Source: Macrostomum lignano
Lineage: Eukaryota
Length of the DNA stretch: 64,000 bases
NCBI GenBank assembly: GCA_002269645.1
Contig: NIVC01001045.1
Location: forward strand, 117,032-181,031
Direction of reading: 5' to 3'
Below the pieces are notes generated by a model. The model did no database searches, was not told where the DNA came from, and saw only the letters and a list, made by a program, of their open reading frames with translations. The position numbers were made by a program, and so were the translations under genes. Below are positions 62,754 to 64,000 of this stretch, one piece after another. Positions within the stretch are counted from its first letter, which is position 1. Each line of letters starts with the position of its first letter.

Positions 62754-63118
62754 ACGAATCGAGCACCTGACCTCGTTGCTAAGCGAGTCCGAAGAGATGT
62801 CCGTGCGCCTGGCCGAACAGGCTCGCGTTCTCAAAGAAGAAATCCGTCGACAAGCGCAACGCGGAGCGCAATAATCGTTGCGCAATTTGGAATATCTAAA
62901 AAATATTGTGCTACAATTTCTAACGCTCAGACAGGAACGCCATCAGCTGTTGCCTGTGTTGAACACTATGCTGCAGTTGAGCACAGATGAGCAGCAGAGA
63001 TTGGCTAAAGCGGCTGCCGACGATGCGGCCGCCACGCGCGGCTGCTGAAGCCTCCAGACGACGGGATCCTGGCGGCGAAGGCTGGAACAGCTACTTCCAG
63101 TGGTCTAGCATTGGCTAA
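62754..63118 (+). CDS. GCC2: GCC2-like terminal exon with GRIP domain (apparent indels)
   Basis: ctcag|A CGA ATC GAG CAC CTG: RIEHLTSLLSESE..EQARVLKEEIRR..NLEYLKNIVLQFL..ERHQLLPVLNTMLQLS..GWNSYFQWS matches the recalled GCC185 C-terminus. Confidence 0.85.
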
Positions 63119-64000
63119 GGGCCTCGTCTAGTCTTAGAATTATACAATTATGAACCAATTCGAATTTTTCCTCGGTTGTTGACTTCAATATTGACAAACC
63201 TGAAACCACCCAAAATAAATCCAAACCACAGGTGACTGCTTAAAACGTGTAGTCTATTATTGACTAACTGTAAGTTCTTAACTTTTCATCCGTGTGCCAA
63301 GTATGCAATAGGTCTACAAATCTCTACAAATACTATAGATAGTGTTCATTTTGTCTTCTGTTTGAAGGATACAAACTTTGCTATTGTGATAATTTCTGTT
63401 TTTTCTTTCACTATAAGCTAGAAATGCCATGTATAAATATTTATATGTAGTTTAACTGACATCTTATATGCTTATTAAAACTCGGGTGAACAGAAATTAT
63501 TTATACGGTTGTCTTTATATATAATACATTGAGACTAGCACTAAATATTTATTAAAGGTTTTTTGGGCGATTTTTTGCTTATGCTACTGTAAGTAGAGCT
63601 ATTTCTGTTGTTAAGGTGTGAACTTTTGTTGCTTAAAAGTTGTTTTTGCCATTATTCACAATGTCACTGCTTTGTTCCGTAAATTCTTGGCAAGCGTAAA
63701 AACTGTCGCAGTGTTTATTTTCTTTAACTAAATATATACAATCCAATTTTCAATATTGTATATAATTTCATTTTATTTGCAAACTTACAGTATTTCGCTT
63801 TGCACGAAGTACAAATTTATTAAGTTTTTGACTACTTTATTTTAAGCTAGTAGTCTACCAAAATACTAATAATAGTCTGATTAATTTCTAAAGTACTGTG
63901 ATTGTGCGTTGCGCGAAATGCCTCTAAGTAGCATTTTAACACATCAGGTACAATAAAAATTAAACTACAATGTTCAGTTCAGCACTTAACCTTATGCTGA

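Noticed and set aside
56745-63050. Programmed ribosomal frameshifting or TAA read-through (in-frame TAA at 62872-62874) in the golgin
   Set aside because: There is no shared slippery motif and the shift directions are mixed. Two compensating small deletions give RQ-RNAERN-SLRNLEYLKN, which matches the recalled GCC185 ERNQEREKSAANLEYLKN better than read-through does.

Overview
This is metazoan (invertebrate) nuclear DNA, not prokaryotic: it has GT-AG introns, TTAGGG-type repeats and the standard code. Compact genes whose introns are filled with tandem repeats suggest a Macrostomum-like flatworm, which is an inference only. Five protein-coding genes are supported, all on the + strand. (1) The 3' four exons of an NPFF/SIFamide-receptor-like class A GPCR (8188-12605). 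(2) A shortened KAT6/MOZ-type MYST acetyltransferase (44091-47326). (3) Intronless mitochondrial ribosomal protein L24 (50497-51381). (4) A ~290-aa ORF carrying the two hallmark N-terminal motifs of JARID2 but no ARID/JmjC (52176-53048). (5) A GRIP-domain golgin, GCC2/GCC185-like (56256-63118), broken by about 7 small indels. Most of 0-43 kb is repeat. It includes many minisatellites, an interstitial telomere-like 39-bp array with a nested foldback, and a 13.1-kb head-to-tail array of non-autonomous Helitrons (19017-32109). In that array a tRNA-derived Pol III-like cassette sits directly in front of every satellite block. There is also an internally deleted P-element-family transposon with 8-bp TSD, plus several MITEs and a SINE. 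The best leads are the mini-JARID2, the Helitron/tRNA-cassette/satellite architecture and the PHD-less mini-KAT6. All family calls come from motifs recalled from memory, with no database search.
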